Shown one piece after another: positions 53,967 through 63,841 of a stretch of 64,000 bases of DNA; the stretch's first letter is position 1; every line of letters starts with the position of its first letter. The stretch is from Desulfosoma sp. (GTDB lineage: Bacteria; Desulfobacterota; Syntrophobacteria; Syntrophobacterales; DSM-9756). The notes under the pieces are model-generated. The model did not search any database and was not told where the DNA came from. It was given only the letters and a program-made list of their open reading frames with translations. Both the position numbers and the translations under genes were made by a program. The DNA is taken from positions 139,503-203,502 of the forward strand of contig JBBFKW010000001.1 of assembly GCA_037481835.1 (NCBI GenBank), in the 5' to 3' direction.

Positions 53967-55082
53967 ATGGACTTTCATGCCGATGACCAAGACGCTCACG
54001 TTCGTTTGGAGGCGGCCGAAGGCATGCTGCATATTCGGCTGGACCGGCAGGAAGCCTTGAACAGCCTGTCTCTTCCCATGGTGCGGCGGCTGGCCACCGT
54101 CCTGGAAGCCGCTCGAGGCGAGGAGGGGGTGCGCCTTGTCGTGATCACGGGAAGCGGCCCGAAAGCGTTTTGTGCCGGAGGCGACATCAAAAAGGTCGCG
54201 CTTCTTGTGCGCCAAGGAGACCGGGCGGAGGCGGAAGCCTTTTTCCGAGAGGAATACGCCCTGGATTTTTCCATTCACCGCTTTCCCAAGCCCGTCGTCG
54301 TCATCGCTCACGGCGTGACCATGGGCGGAGGGCTTGGGCTGGCAGCGGGGGCCGACGTGGTGGTCGCCACGGAAACGACCCATATGGCCATGCCGGAAAC
54401 CCGGATCGGTTTTTTCCCCGATGTGGGAGCCACGGCCTGGCTTTATGACAAATGTCCCCCGGGCTATCCCGAGTACCTGGCGCTCACGGGAGACGACGTC
54501 CTTGGGGCTCATGCGGTGCGATTGGGTTTGGCCACCCACTTTGTTGAAACTTCCCGGGTCCCAAATCTCGTCCAAGCGTTGATTGATGCGGCCCCAAAGC
54601 TTCCTCGAAAACGCCATGAAGCGGCACGCCGGCTCCATCAAATCGTTTCGCCTTTTCAAACGGAGGCCCCCCTTCCCCACGATCCGGAAATGGATGCCTG
54701 GGTGGCAACCTATTTTGACGGGGTTTCCTCCGTGCCGAAACTGCTGGAAGAGCTTTCCCAATGTCAGGTGCAGAGCCGCCTGTGCGATGGGGTATTTCGG
54801 CGCCTTTCCGAAAGGTCTCCCACGGCCGTTGCGCTCACACTGGCCTTGTTGAAACGTCAGCGGGGCCGCCCACTGGAAGAGGTTTTTGCTTTGGATGCCC
54901 GGGCCGCCTGCTGGATGATCGGCCATCATGACTTTTGGGAAGGGGTTCGCGCGCGCCTCATCGACAAAGACAACCAACCCCGGTGGAATCCGGCCCGTTT
55001 CGATCAGGCCGTCTCCTTCGGGGAGCTGGAGCCGTTCCTGCGGGATGAGGGTGAAAAAGGCCGAGCGGACGGAAAAAGTTAG
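53967..55082 (+). CDS. 3-hydroxyisobutyryl-CoA hydrolase-like crotonase
   Basis: AFCAGGD, FFREEY, GVTMGGGLGL, AMPETRIGFFPDVG, DFWEGVRARLIDKD..PRW; AGGAGG RBS. Confidence 0.9.
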   Translation: MDFHADDQDAHVRLEAAEGMLHIRLDRQEALNSLSLPMVRRLATVLEAARGEEGVRLVVITGSGPKAFCAGGDIKKVALLVRQGDRAEAEAFFREEYALDFSIHRFPKPVVVIAHGVTMGGGLGLAAGADVVVATETTHMAMPETRIGFFPDVGATAWLYDKCPPGYPEYLALTGDDVLGAHAVRLGLATHFVETSRVPNLVQALIDAAPKLPRKRHEAARRLHQIVSPFQTEAPLPHDPEMDAWVATYFDGVSSVPKLLEELSQCQVQSRLCDGVFRRLSERSPTAVALTLALLKRQRGRPLEEVFALDARAACWMIGHHDFWEGVRARLIDKDNQPRWNPARFDQAVSFGELEPFLRDEGEKGRADGKS

Positions 55083-55204
55083 GGGTAACGAGGTCATCGG
55101 CGGGATTAAAAAAAAATCGCGGTCGCGACACTCCATCCCCCATTGCGCCACGGCGGGAAGACGAAGGGCGGCAAAGGGGGACCGGCGCGGGGAACCCCGT
55201 TAGG

Positions 55205-56170
55205 TTAGCCTGCCTTGAGGAAAGCCTTCTGGCGGGCCATTTCGGCGATGACGTCCGGCAGGGTTTTAAAAGGGCGGTCGAACCAAGTCTTGAGAAACGT
55301 GTTGTCGGCCACCAATTCCGGAGGGTCCCCAGGTCGTTTGGGCTTTTCCACAACCGACACCTTCGTGCCCAGGCTCCGCTCCACGGCCGCCACCACCTCC
55401 CGCACCGACACGCCCGCTCCCCGACCGACGTTGGACACCAAACGCTCCCGACTCTCCAGCGCTTCCAAAGCCGCCACATGGGCCTCGGCCAAGTCGAGCA
55501 CGTACACGTAATCCCTGACCGCCGTCCCATCCGGCGTTTCATGGTCCGTCCCGAAAAGGAAGAAAGGCTCCCCCGTAAGGGCGGCCCGCATGAGGTTCGG
55601 CAGCACGTGGGTTTCCGGTTCGTGGCGTTCGTAGATTTCTCCGTCCGGGTCGTTTCCCACCACGTTGAAGTAGCGCAGCACGGCCAGCCGGATGCCGGCG
55701 GCAGGGGCCACCGTCTCCAAGATCTGCTCGCCCTGCCATTTGGAAAGGCCGTAGGGGTTGGTAGGTTCCTTGGGGTGATCTTCCGTGATGGGACAGGTTT
55801 TCGCCGTGCCGTAAACGGCGGCCGAACTGGAAAACACCAAACGGCCGACGCCGGCTCTGGCCATGGCGCGAACCAACGCGATGGTGCCGCGCACATTGTG
55901 GTCGAAATATTCGGCCGGGTTTCGAACCGATTCCTCCACAAGGGCCAAGGCGGCGAAATGGATGACGGCATCGATCCTAAAGGCTCTAAGGGCCTGGTAC
56001 AGGGCTTGTTCGTCGCGGATGTCCCCATACACGAAGGGGCCGTAACGCACCCAGTCCACCCAGCCGCGACTGAGGTTGTCAAAGACGATGGGCGTGTGTC
56101 CGTACTTTCGAACTGTTTTGGCCGTATGAGACCCGATGTAACCAGCCCCGCCGGTGACCAGAATGTTCAT
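55205..56170 (-). CDS. galE: UDP-glucose 4-epimerase
   Basis: VTGGAGYIGSH, HFAA, FSSSAAVYG, NPYGLSK, LRYFN, DGTAVRDY, RPGDP. Confidence 0.95.
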   Translation of the reverse strand: MNILVTGGAGYIGSHTAKTVRKYGHTPIVFDNLSRGWVDWVRYGPFVYGDIRDEQALYQALRAFRIDAVIHFAALALVEESVRNPAEYFDHNVRGTIALVRAMARAGVGRLVFSSSAAVYGTAKTCPITEDHPKEPTNPYGLSKWQGEQILETVAPAAGIRLAVLRYFNVVGNDPDGEIYERHEPETHVLPNLMRAALTGEPFFLFGTDHETPDGTAVRDYVYVLDLAEAHVAALEALESRERLVSNVGRGAGVSVREVVAAVERSLGTKVSVVEKPKRPGDPPELVADNTFLKTWFDRPFKTLPDVIAEMARQKAFLKAG

Positions 56171-56799
56171 GACGAAAGCCCCTTTTCCGGTCCTGCCAGG
56201 CCCCGAGCTTCATGGAGCGCCATGATTTCGTCCCGAAGGACCAAGGCATCCACGGTGTCTACTTCTTCCAGGATATTTTCCCGGCCGTTCATTTCCTGGC
56301 GATCCACCAGGACCACGGCCCGCACGACCCGGAGGCCCGCGGCTTTGCAGGCGCGGATGGCTTGGATTGTCGAGCCTCCCGTCGTGATCACATCATCGAC
56401 GACGACCACCCGATCCCCTTCGCGAAGGTTTCCCTCGATACGCGCGGGAATTCCGTGCTCCTTCTGCGCCTTGCGCACCACGAAGGCTTGGATGGGATTT
56501 CCCTGGATCCAAGACGTGTAGGAAACGGCGTTGGCGATGGGGTCCGCCCCCAGGGTGAGCCCCCCGATGCCTTGGACATCCAGGTCCTTGATCCGGTCGA
56601 AGATGAGGTGGCCGATGAGGACCATGCCTTCGGGGTCCAGGGTGACGCGCTTGCAGTTGAAGTAAAAGCGGCTCATGGCCCCGGAGACGAGCTTGAACAC
56701 GGGGGTGTCGGATACTTGGAAGGCTTTTTCGAGGATCTTTTCCTGGAGCCTCCGGCGCATCGCGTCCGCATCAGCCCAGGGAAAGGCGGCATGCTCCAT
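56167..56799 (-). CDS. pyrE: Orotate phosphoribosyltransferase
   Basis: FKLVSG, GGLTLGADP, VRK..KEHG, VVDDVITTGGS, VDRQE. Confidence 0.95.
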   Translation of the reverse strand: MEHAAFPWADADAMRRRLQEKILEKAFQVSDTPVFKLVSGAMSRFYFNCKRVTLDPEGMVLIGHLIFDRIKDLDVQGIGGLTLGADPIANAVSYTSWIQGNPIQAFVVRKAQKEHGIPARIEGNLREGDRVVVVDDVITTGGSTIQAIRACKAAGLRVVRAVVLVDRQEMNGRENILEEVDTVDALVLRDEIMALHEARGLAGPEKGLSS

Positions 56800-56808
56800 G
56801 ATCGCCCC

Positions 56809-57957
56809 CTATGCGTGCTCTTTGACCTTTCTTACGGCTCTCTCGATGGCCGCCGCCGCATGGTCGATGTCTTCGTCTCGGGTAAAACGACCCACGGACA
56901 AGCGGATCGTGCCCTTGGCTGCATCCATGGGAACGCCCATGGCTTCCAGAACGTGGGATACCCGCACCTGGTCGCTGTGGCAGGCGGCTCCCGCCGATGC
57001 CGCAACCTCGGGCATGGCTTGGAGCACGGCGTCGGCCGTCGTCCCGGGAAAGGACACGCTCAGCGTGTTGGGAAGCCGTTGATCCGGATGGCCGTTCACG
57101 AGGGCTTCGGGGAAAGAAGCCACGAGGCGCCCTTCCAACCGGTCCCGCAAAGCCCGCATCCGTAGCATTTCTTCGGGCAGTTCTTTCATGGCCAGGGCGG
57201 CAGCCATCCCTAAGCCGACGATTTCCAGCACGTTTTCCGTCCCGGGCCGAAGGCCCCGCTCCTGGCCCGCCCCATACAAAACTCTTTGCATGGGCGTGCC
57301 CCGGCGCACGTAAAGGGCTCCCACTCCCTTAGGGGCATAGAGTTTGTGCCCGGCCACGGTTAAAAGGTCCACGCCCAGCTCGGCGACGTCCACCGGCACT
57401 TTGCCCACACTCTGGGCGGCATCCGTATGGACCAGGATGCCTCGATTCCGGGCCTCCTGGGCAATCCTTTTCACGGGCTGGAGCGTCCCCACCTCATTAT
57501 TGGAATGCATGAGGCTGACCAGGATCGTGTCGGATCGGAAGGCGGCGATCATCTCCTCGGCATCCACCATTCCGTAACGGTCCACGCCCACAAAGGTGAC
57601 GTCGAAGCCTTCTTCCATCAGGGCCAGGCACGGCTCCACCACGGCCGGATGTTCGATGCGGCTCGTCACGATGTGGCGCCCTCGGGACGCCACAGCCCGG
57701 GCCACACCGCACAGGGCCATGTTGTTGGATTCCGTCCCCCCGCTGGTAAAAACGATGTCGTCGCTTTGGGCGTTCAAGAGCGCAGCCAGACGAGCTCGCG
57801 CTTCTTCCATCATGGCCTTGGCTTGTCGGCCGTAAGCGTGACTGCTGGAGGGGTTCCCGAAGACCGTTTCCCAGCAGGGCCGCATGGCTTCCGCGACCCG
57901 AGGATCGATAGGCGTTGTGGCGTTGTAGTCGAGGTAGATCGGATAACGATCCTCCAT
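56809..57957 (-). CDS. Cysteine desulfurase (NifS/IscS group I family)
   Basis: IYLDYNATTP, GNPSS, FTSGGTESNN, HTDAAQ, GHKLYAPKG, SAGAACHS. Confidence 0.94.
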   Translation of the reverse strand: MEDRYPIYLDYNATTPIDPRVAEAMRPCWETVFGNPSSSHAYGRQAKAMMEEARARLAALLNAQSDDIVFTSGGTESNNMALCGVARAVASRGRHIVTSRIEHPAVVEPCLALMEEGFDVTFVGVDRYGMVDAEEMIAAFRSDTILVSLMHSNNEVGTLQPVKRIAQEARNRGILVHTDAAQSVGKVPVDVAELGVDLLTVAGHKLYAPKGVGALYVRRGTPMQRVLYGAGQERGLRPGTENVLEIVGLGMAAALAMKELPEEMLRMRALRDRLEGRLVASFPEALVNGHPDQRLPNTLSVSFPGTTADAVLQAMPEVAASAGAACHSDQVRVSHVLEAMGVPMDAAKGTIRLSVGRFTRDEDIDHAAAAIERAVRKVKEHA

Positions 57958-57973
57958 GACCGTCCTCACGACT

Positions 57974-58216
57974 CTAGGCTTTAAGCACCCCTTGACGCTC
58001 CAGATCTTTCCACTCGCGCCGAGTCAGCGTCCGGAACTGGGCGCTTCGGCATTGAGGGCATCCCATGTAGCGGCCGTCGCTGGACTGACGCCACAGGGTA
58101 TAGAGCAGACCCGGCAGAAACAGGCAACACCACAAGGCGATTTCCTTGGAGCGCGATCCTTTCTGCAGCGAGGCGGCATCGCCGATGTAATCACATGAGG
58201 CACACTTGATTTTCAT
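57974..58216 (-). CDS. Small zinc-ribbon membrane protein (CxxC-TM-CxxC)
   Basis: CASC...hydrophobic ALWCCLFLPGLLYTLW...CPQC; AAGGAG RBS. Confidence 0.75.
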   Translation of the reverse strand: MKIKCASCDYIGDAASLQKGSRSKEIALWCCLFLPGLLYTLWRQSSDGRYMGCPQCRSAQFRTLTRREWKDLERQGVLKA

Positions 58217-58338
58217 GAAATCTCCTTTCTTCTTGGAATTGGCCCTCCTTTATAAATCCTGCGGGTTGTGATATCAACCGCGTGATCGAAGGGTTGGCTA
58301 AAAAAATCGTCCCCAATTGGATCTTGAGGGATAAAACC

Positions 58339-58758
58339 GTGAAATCCGTCATCGTAAAGATCAGCGTGGTCTTTGCCGGAGGGGCCCTGGGCGCTGTGAT
58401 CAATTCGTGGGTGTCGTACGCCTTGGGACAGGCGGGCATTCCGCAGAAATTGGGCGTGGCCATCGCCCCCGTGTGGAGCAAAGCCTTTTTGTACCCGCGC
58501 ATCGTGTGGGGAGGCCTATGGGGCTTCCTCTTCCTTCTTCCCGCGTTGCGGGGTGGGTTTCTTGTGGGGGTGTTCAGCCGGGGGATCCTTTTCAGCCTGG
58601 GACCGACTGCCGCCCAGCTGCTCTATTTTTTCCCCTTTGTTCTTAAAAAGGGATGGTTCGGCCTGTCCTTGGGGGAACTCACGCCCCTTTTCGTCTTTGC
58701 CTACAATGCCATCTGGGGGTTGTGCTCCGCGTGGTGGGTCTGGACGGCAGAAAAATAA
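58339..58758 (+). CDS. Hypothetical 4-TM membrane protein
   Basis: Hydrophobic ORF with LYPRIVWGGLWG; GAGG RBS. Confidence 0.75.
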   Translation: MKSVIVKISVVFAGGALGAVINSWVSYALGQAGIPQKLGVAIAPVWSKAFLYPRIVWGGLWGFLFLLPALRGGFLVGVFSRGILFSLGPTAAQLLYFFPFVLKKGWFGLSLGELTPLFVFAYNAIWGLCSAWWVWTAEK

Positions 58759-58842
58759 CGGGGGGCCTTTAGGCTTTCTTGACCTCGAGGGGGAGCGCAC
58801 GGTATTTTCTCGCTAACATTTCCGGTCAAGGAACAGGAACCC

Positions 58843-59451
58843 ATGTCCAACGACGCCTTGGAAGGGCTTTCGGCGAGCTTGGAAGATTACTTGGAGGTCA
58901 TTTTCCATTTGGAAAACGCCCACCAAGCCGCCCGAGCCAAGGACATCGCCGATCAGATGAGCGTGCAGAGGGCTTCCGTCACGGGAGCCTTGAGGGCGCT
59001 GGCCGGCCGGGGGCTCATCAACTACAGCCCCTACAGCTACGTCACGCTCACGCCGCAAGGGCGCCACGTGGCGCAGCAGATCATCCGACGCCACCAAATC
59101 CTCAAAGATTTTTTCACCACGGCCCTTCGGCTGGAACCGGATCAGGCGGAAGCCAACGCGTGCCGCATCGAGCACGCCATCGGCCCCGTGGCTTTCGAGC
59201 GACTTGTCCAATTTCTCGAATTCATCAAAACATGCCCGCGGGCGGGAGCCGACTGGTTGCAAGCCTTCGCCGCCTACTGCCAAAGATCGGAAAACGAACC
59301 TGATTGTCCCGCATGCGTGGCAAGATGCCTGCAAAAGCTCGAAAGAGAAACAAACCCCGCCGAGGAGAAGCCTCCACGAACTCGTGAACCCGGTCCCGAA
59401 AGGAGAACCCATGAAGAAGATGTGGATCCAGTTGAAGCCGGATTGCGATGA
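58843..59451 (+). CDS. DtxR/MntR-family metal-dependent regulator
   Basis: SLEDYLE.I, DIADQMSV..SVT, LTPQG, RRHQIL..F, ACRIEH. Confidence 0.93.
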   Translation: MSNDALEGLSASLEDYLEVIFHLENAHQAARAKDIADQMSVQRASVTGALRALAGRGLINYSPYSYVTLTPQGRHVAQQIIRRHQILKDFFTTALRLEPDQAEANACRIEHAIGPVAFERLVQFLEFIKTCPRAGADWLQAFAAYCQRSENEPDCPACVARCLQKLERETNPAEEKPPRTREPGPERRTHEEDVDPVEAGLR

Positions 59452-59629
59452 AAAGAGGGTCCTTCGAGATCTGGAAGAAATCGGCCGCATCGAAAAGGAC
59501 GCCGCCAGCCCCGGAAGGATCATCCTCACCTTTCACAACCAGTCCGAAGCCGGCATCAAGATGAGCTGCTTCAAGCTCCAGGAAGATTTCATCCATTTCT
59601 TTCAAGACTTCGACATGGTCCACTCTTAG
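59411..59629 (+). CDS. Small hypothetical protein (72 aa)
   Basis: AAAGGAG RBS before ATG; GC3-rich codons; overlaps the DtxR 3' end. Confidence 0.65.
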   Translation: MKKMWIQLKPDCDEKRVLRDLEEIGRIEKDAASPGRIILTFHNQSEAGIKMSCFKLQEDFIHFFQDFDMVHS

Positions 59630-59784
59630 AACAGCTCCGTTTCTCATCCCCGTGCGCCGCCCCGGGCTCTGGGCGCAAGCCGTTTCCGAAAGAGGCAGGG
59701 AAGCCCCGCCGAGGCCCTGGGGAAAGGGTGCGCCCTGCGGCGCCTCCATCGCCCTTTTACCTACCGACCCCCACCGATCTTTTC

Positions 59785-59813
59785 TTGACAAGGATTCAGG
59801 ATAACACTATGTT
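59785..59813 (+). promoter_or_regulatory. Sigma70 promoter of the hrcA operon
   Basis: TTGACA-17 bp-TATGTT immediately upstream of CIRCE. Confidence 0.85.
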
Positions 59814-59816
59814 CCA

Positions 59817-59843
59817 TTAGCACTCCATTGCAGGGAGTGCTAA
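59817..59843. promoter_or_regulatory. CIRCE operator (HrcA site)
   Basis: Perfect TTAGCACTC-N9-GAGTGCTAA. Confidence 0.98.
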
Positions 59844-59863
59844 TCGCAGGCGGGATGCGAAGG

Positions 59864-60934
59864 ATGAAGCTCAGCGAAAGAAACCAAAAAGTCCTGGAAG
59901 CCGTGGTGTCGGGATACATCCGAAGCGGAGAACCCGTGGGGTCTCGCACGGTATCCAAGCACTACGGCCTGAATGTGAGTTCGGCCACGATCCGAAACAT
60001 AATGGCGGATTTGGAAGACATGGGGCTCTTGCAGCAACCCCACACTTCCGCCGGCCGCATCCCGACGGACAAGGGCCTTCGGCTGTACTTGGATTCCATC
60101 CTGAAGATCCGCGAACTGGAGAAACGCCAGCAGGCGCTCATTCGCAAAGCGTTCGCATCGGGACGGGTGGACATCGAGGAACTCCTGCGGCGGACCAGCC
60201 AGGTGCTCTCGCGCTTCTGCCGCCAGGCGGGCATCGTGCTCTGGCCGAGGCTCAGCGCCACCCGCTTCAAGCATATCGAATTTGTGCGGCTTCGAGCGCA
60301 TCAGATCCTGGTCATTTTGATCACGGCCTCGGGTCTGGTCCAACACACCCTTGTGGAATGGGACGAGGACATTCCCCAAGACAGCCTGGACAAGTATTCG
60401 CGATACCTCAACGAAATCCTTCAAGACATTCCGCTGAGCCAAGTGAAAGACCGCATCCTCAAGGAAATGGAGGGGGAAAAGGCGCTCTTCGACCAGCTTT
60501 TCACCCGTGCCCTGGAGCTCAGTCGGCGGGCCTTACAGGATGCCTTGGAAAATACGGATGTGCACATTGAAGGGCACAAGCATCTGCTGAGCAATCCGGA
60601 ATTCGCCGACGTGGAGAGGATGCGGCGCATCCTGGAAGCCTTCGAAGACAAATCGCGGATTGTCCGACTGCTGGATCGCGCCCTGGATCCGACAAGGCAG
60701 GTGCAAATCATCTTGGGGACGGAGAGCGACATCAGCGAACTGCACGAGATGAGCGTGGTGTCGTCCCCTTACGGACGCGGTGAAACGATCCTCGGCGTTT
60801 TGGGCGTCATCGGGCCGACCCGCATGGACTATTCGCACATTATTCCCGTGGTGACCTTTACCGCATCCCTGCTGAGCCAATTTCTCGAGGAGCCGGAAGA
60901 GGTCTCGTCCCCGCAAAAAACCAATCCTTCGTAA
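59864..60934 (+). CDS. hrcA: Heat-inducible transcription repressor
   Basis: EPVGSR, SSATIRN.MADLE, QPHTSAGRIPTDKG, GVIGPTRMDY. Confidence 0.97.
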   Translation: MKLSERNQKVLEAVVSGYIRSGEPVGSRTVSKHYGLNVSSATIRNIMADLEDMGLLQQPHTSAGRIPTDKGLRLYLDSILKIRELEKRQQALIRKAFASGRVDIEELLRRTSQVLSRFCRQAGIVLWPRLSATRFKHIEFVRLRAHQILVILITASGLVQHTLVEWDEDIPQDSLDKYSRYLNEILQDIPLSQVKDRILKEMEGEKALFDQLFTRALELSRRALQDALENTDVHIEGHKHLLSNPEFADVERMRRILEAFEDKSRIVRLLDRALDPTRQVQIILGTESDISELHEMSVVSSPYGRGETILGVLGVIGPTRMDYSHIIPVVTFTASLLSQFLEEPEEVSSPQKTNPS

Positions 60935-61035
60935 AAATCATGGGCATTATGGAACCGTCGGGTGCTGACAAGCGCCGTGGTAATGATTAAGGAGATCGTG
61001 GGCTGTTACGGCGCGCACAGGGAGGTTGTGGTTTT

Positions 61036-61647
61036 ATGAGCGAAGAGAAAAAACCGGGTTCCCCCCAAGAACCCACGGTGAGTTTGGAAGAAGCGGATAC
61101 GCCGTCGGCCGAGGCGCCGTCGGCCGAGGAAACGCCGGCCGGCGATGATCTCGCGACCTTACTGGAACAAAAAGAAGCAGAGATTCAATCCCTGAAAGAT
61201 AAGCTTCTGCGCCAGGCGGCGGATATGGAAAACACCCGGAAGCGACTGGAACGGGACCGGGCCGAAGCCATCGCCTATGCCAACGAAAGCCTGATCCGGG
61301 AGCTCTTGGCCGTGGTGGACAATCTGGAACGAGCCATCCAGCATGCGGAACAAGACACGGACAAGCACACGCTGCTGGAAGGGGTCAAGATGACCCACAA
61401 GCATTTCTTGGACACCCTGGCCCGCTTCGGCTGCAGGCCTTTTGAATCCCAGGGCAAGGACTTCGACCCGTGTTTTCATGAAGCGATTCTCCAACAGGAA
61501 TCGGACGAGCACCCGTCCAACACGGTGATCCAGGAGTTCCAGAAGGGCTACACGCTTCACGACCGGCTCCTCAGACCGGCTCTGGTGGCCGTGAGCAAAG
61601 GGACACGGACGGCAACGTGTTCCCATGAATCGGAACGTCCCGCCTGA
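61036..61647 (+). CDS. grpE: Nucleotide exchange factor GrpE
   Basis: ADMENTRKR, VVDNLERA, FDP.FHEA, QKGYTLHDRLLRPALV. Confidence 0.97.
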   Translation: MSEEKKPGSPQEPTVSLEEADTPSAEAPSAEETPAGDDLATLLEQKEAEIQSLKDKLLRQAADMENTRKRLERDRAEAIAYANESLIRELLAVVDNLERAIQHAEQDTDKHTLLEGVKMTHKHFLDTLARFGCRPFESQGKDFDPCFHEAILQQESDEHPSNTVIQEFQKGYTLHDRLLRPALVAVSKGTRTATCSHESERPA

Positions 61648-61751
61648 GACCGCAGGGCGGCGGCACTCGACGGGTATGACACGAAAAGGGCATGGCATTC
61701 ATCCAAGCACGAGACAATTTTTATCGATCGTCCTTCAAGGAGGCTTAAGAA

Positions 61752-63659
61752 ATGGCGAAAATCATCGGGATTGATCTGGGCACAACCAACTCCGTTGTGG
61801 CCGTCATGGAAGGCAAAGAACCCAAAGTCCTCACCAATTCAGAAGGCGGGCGCACCACGCCGTCCATGGTGGCGTTCACCGACAGCGGCGAGCGCCTCGT
61901 AGGCCAGGTGGCCAAACGTCAAGCCATCACGAATCCGGAAAACACCGTCTTTGCGGTCAAACGCCTCATCGGTCGCAAGTTCCGCTCCAAGGAAGTCCAG
62001 CGCGACCTGGAAATCCTTCCGTATAAGATCGTGGAGGCGGCCAACGGGGACGCCCATATCCTCATCCGGGGCCGACAATACAGTCCTACGGAAATTTCCG
62101 CCTTCATACTCATGAAGATGAAGCAGACCGCCGAAGACTATCTGGGAGAAAAGGTGACCGATGCGGTCATCACCGTTCCCGCTTATTTCAACGACAGCCA
62201 GAGGCAGGCCACCAAGGACGCCGGGAAAATCGCCGGCTTAAACGTCCTTCGCATCATTAACGAACCGACGGCGGCGGCCCTGGCTTACGGCTTGGACAAG
62301 AAGAAAGACGAAAAGATCGCTGTCTTCGATTTGGGCGGGGGCACGTACGATATTTCCATCCTGGAAATCGGCGACGGGGTCTTCGAAGTCAAGGCCACCA
62401 ACGGAGACACCCACCTGGGCGGCGAAGACTTCGATCAGCGCATCATCGACTGGCTGGCGGACGAGTTCAGGAAAGACCAGGGCATCGACCTGCGCAACGA
62501 CAAGATGGCCCTCCAGCGCTTGAAGGAAGCCGCCGAAAAGGCCAAAATCGAACTGTCGTCCACCACGGAAACGGACATCAATCTCCCCTTCATCACGGCC
62601 GACGCCACCGGGCCCAAACATTTGACCATGAAGCTCACGCGAGCCAAGCTTGAGGCCTTGACCGAGGACCTCATCGAAAAGCTCGTGCCGCCCATGCGCC
62701 AGGCGCTCCAGGACGCGGGGCTCACGGCGGCGGACATCCACGAAGTCATCCTCGTCGGCGGCATGACCCGCATGCCGCGCGTGCAACAAAAGGTGCGCGA
62801 GTTCTTCGGAAAAGAACCCCACAAAGGCGTCAACCCGGACGAAGTGGTGGCCGTGGGTGCCGCCATCCAAGGGGCGGTGCTTTCCGGGGAAGTCAAAGAC
62901 GTTCTGTTGCTGGACGTCACGCCCCTGTCTTTGGGCATCGAAACCCTGGGCGGCGTCATGACCAAGCTCATTGAACGCAACACCACCATTCCGACGCGCA
63001 AGAGCCAGATCTTCTCCACCGCCACGGACAACCAGACGGCCGTCTCCATCCATGTGTTGCAAGGGGAACGGCCCATGGCCGCGGACAACAAGACCTTGGG
63101 CCGTTTCGACCTCGTGGGGATCCCGCCGGCACCCCGCGGTGTGCCGCAGATTGAAGTGACCTTCGACATCGACGCCAACGGCATCGTGCACGTGTCGGCC
63201 AAAGACTTGGCCACCGGAAAAGAACAGTCCATCCAGATTACCGCATCCAGCGGCCTGTCCCAGGAAGAGATCGAAAAGCTGGTCAAGGAAGCCGAGATGC
63301 ACGCCGAAGAAGACAAGCGGCGCCGCGAACTGGTGGACACCCGAAACCAGGCCGACGCGCTCATCTACAGCACCGAAAAGACGCTCAAGGACTTGGGCGA
63401 CAAGGTGGATGCGGCCACTCGGAGCCGGATCGACGCCCAGATTGAAAAGCTCCGTAAGGCCATGGAAGGCGACGACAAGCGCGCCATCGAAAAGGAAATG
63501 GAACAGCTCACCCAAGTTTCCCACAAGCTGGCCGAAGAAATGTACAAGAGGACGGCCGAACAACAGGCCCAAGCGGGGGCGGCCGGCGCAGGCGCTTCGG
63601 GGGCTAAGAAAGACGACGACGTGGTGGACGCGGATTTCGAAGAGGTCAAAGACAAGTAG
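61752..63659 (+). CDS. dnaK: Chaperone DnaK
   Basis: [47 protein letters not shown]. Confidence 0.99.
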   Translation: MAKIIGIDLGTTNSVVAVMEGKEPKVLTNSEGGRTTPSMVAFTDSGERLVGQVAKRQAITNPENTVFAVKRLIGRKFRSKEVQRDLEILPYKIVEAANGDAHILIRGRQYSPTEISAFILMKMKQTAEDYLGEKVTDAVITVPAYFNDSQRQATKDAGKIAGLNVLRIINEPTAAALAYGLDKKKDEKIAVFDLGGGTYDISILEIGDGVFEVKATNGDTHLGGEDFDQRIIDWLADEFRKDQGIDLRNDKMALQRLKEAAEKAKIELSSTTETDINLPFITADATGPKHLTMKLTRAKLEALTEDLIEKLVPPMRQALQDAGLTAADIHEVILVGGMTRMPRVQQKVREFFGKEPHKGVNPDEVVAVGAAIQGAVLSGEVKDVLLLDVTPLSLGIETLGGVMTKLIERNTTIPTRKSQIFSTATDNQTAVSIHVLQGERPMAADNKTLGRFDLVGIPPAPRGVPQIEVTFDIDANGIVHVSAKDLATGKEQSIQITASSGLSQEEIEKLVKEAEMHAEEDKRRRELVDTRNQADALIYSTEKTLKDLGDKVDAATRSRIDAQIEKLRKAMEGDDKRAIEKEMEQLTQVSHKLAEEMYKRTAEQQAQAGAAGAGASGAKKDDDVVDADFEEVKDK

Positions 63660-63723
63660 GAAAGACGACGGCCGAGCCCGGAAACACTTGCGGGCGAAGC
63701 CGTATTTTGGTAGGGGAGTGCGA

Positions 63724-63758
63724 CACAAGGGGCACGTGGAATCCACGTGCCCCTTGTG
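63724..63758. other. Perfect 17-bp inverted repeat downstream of dnaK
   Basis: CACAAGGGGCACGTGGA-A-TCCACGTGCCCCTTGTG; no U-tract. Confidence 0.8.
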
Positions 63759-63841
63759 CCATAGAAGATCCATAACCGACGGTCACCCCGCGGGGCGGTC
63801 CGCCGAGAAGCCCACGGTCTTTCCAACTGTAAAGGGACGGT

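Noticed and set aside
55200..55218. DtxR-box-like sequence TTAGGTTAGCCTGCCTTGA (15/19)
   Set aside because: It overlaps the galE stop codon between convergent genes, with no promoter to regulate; likely chance.
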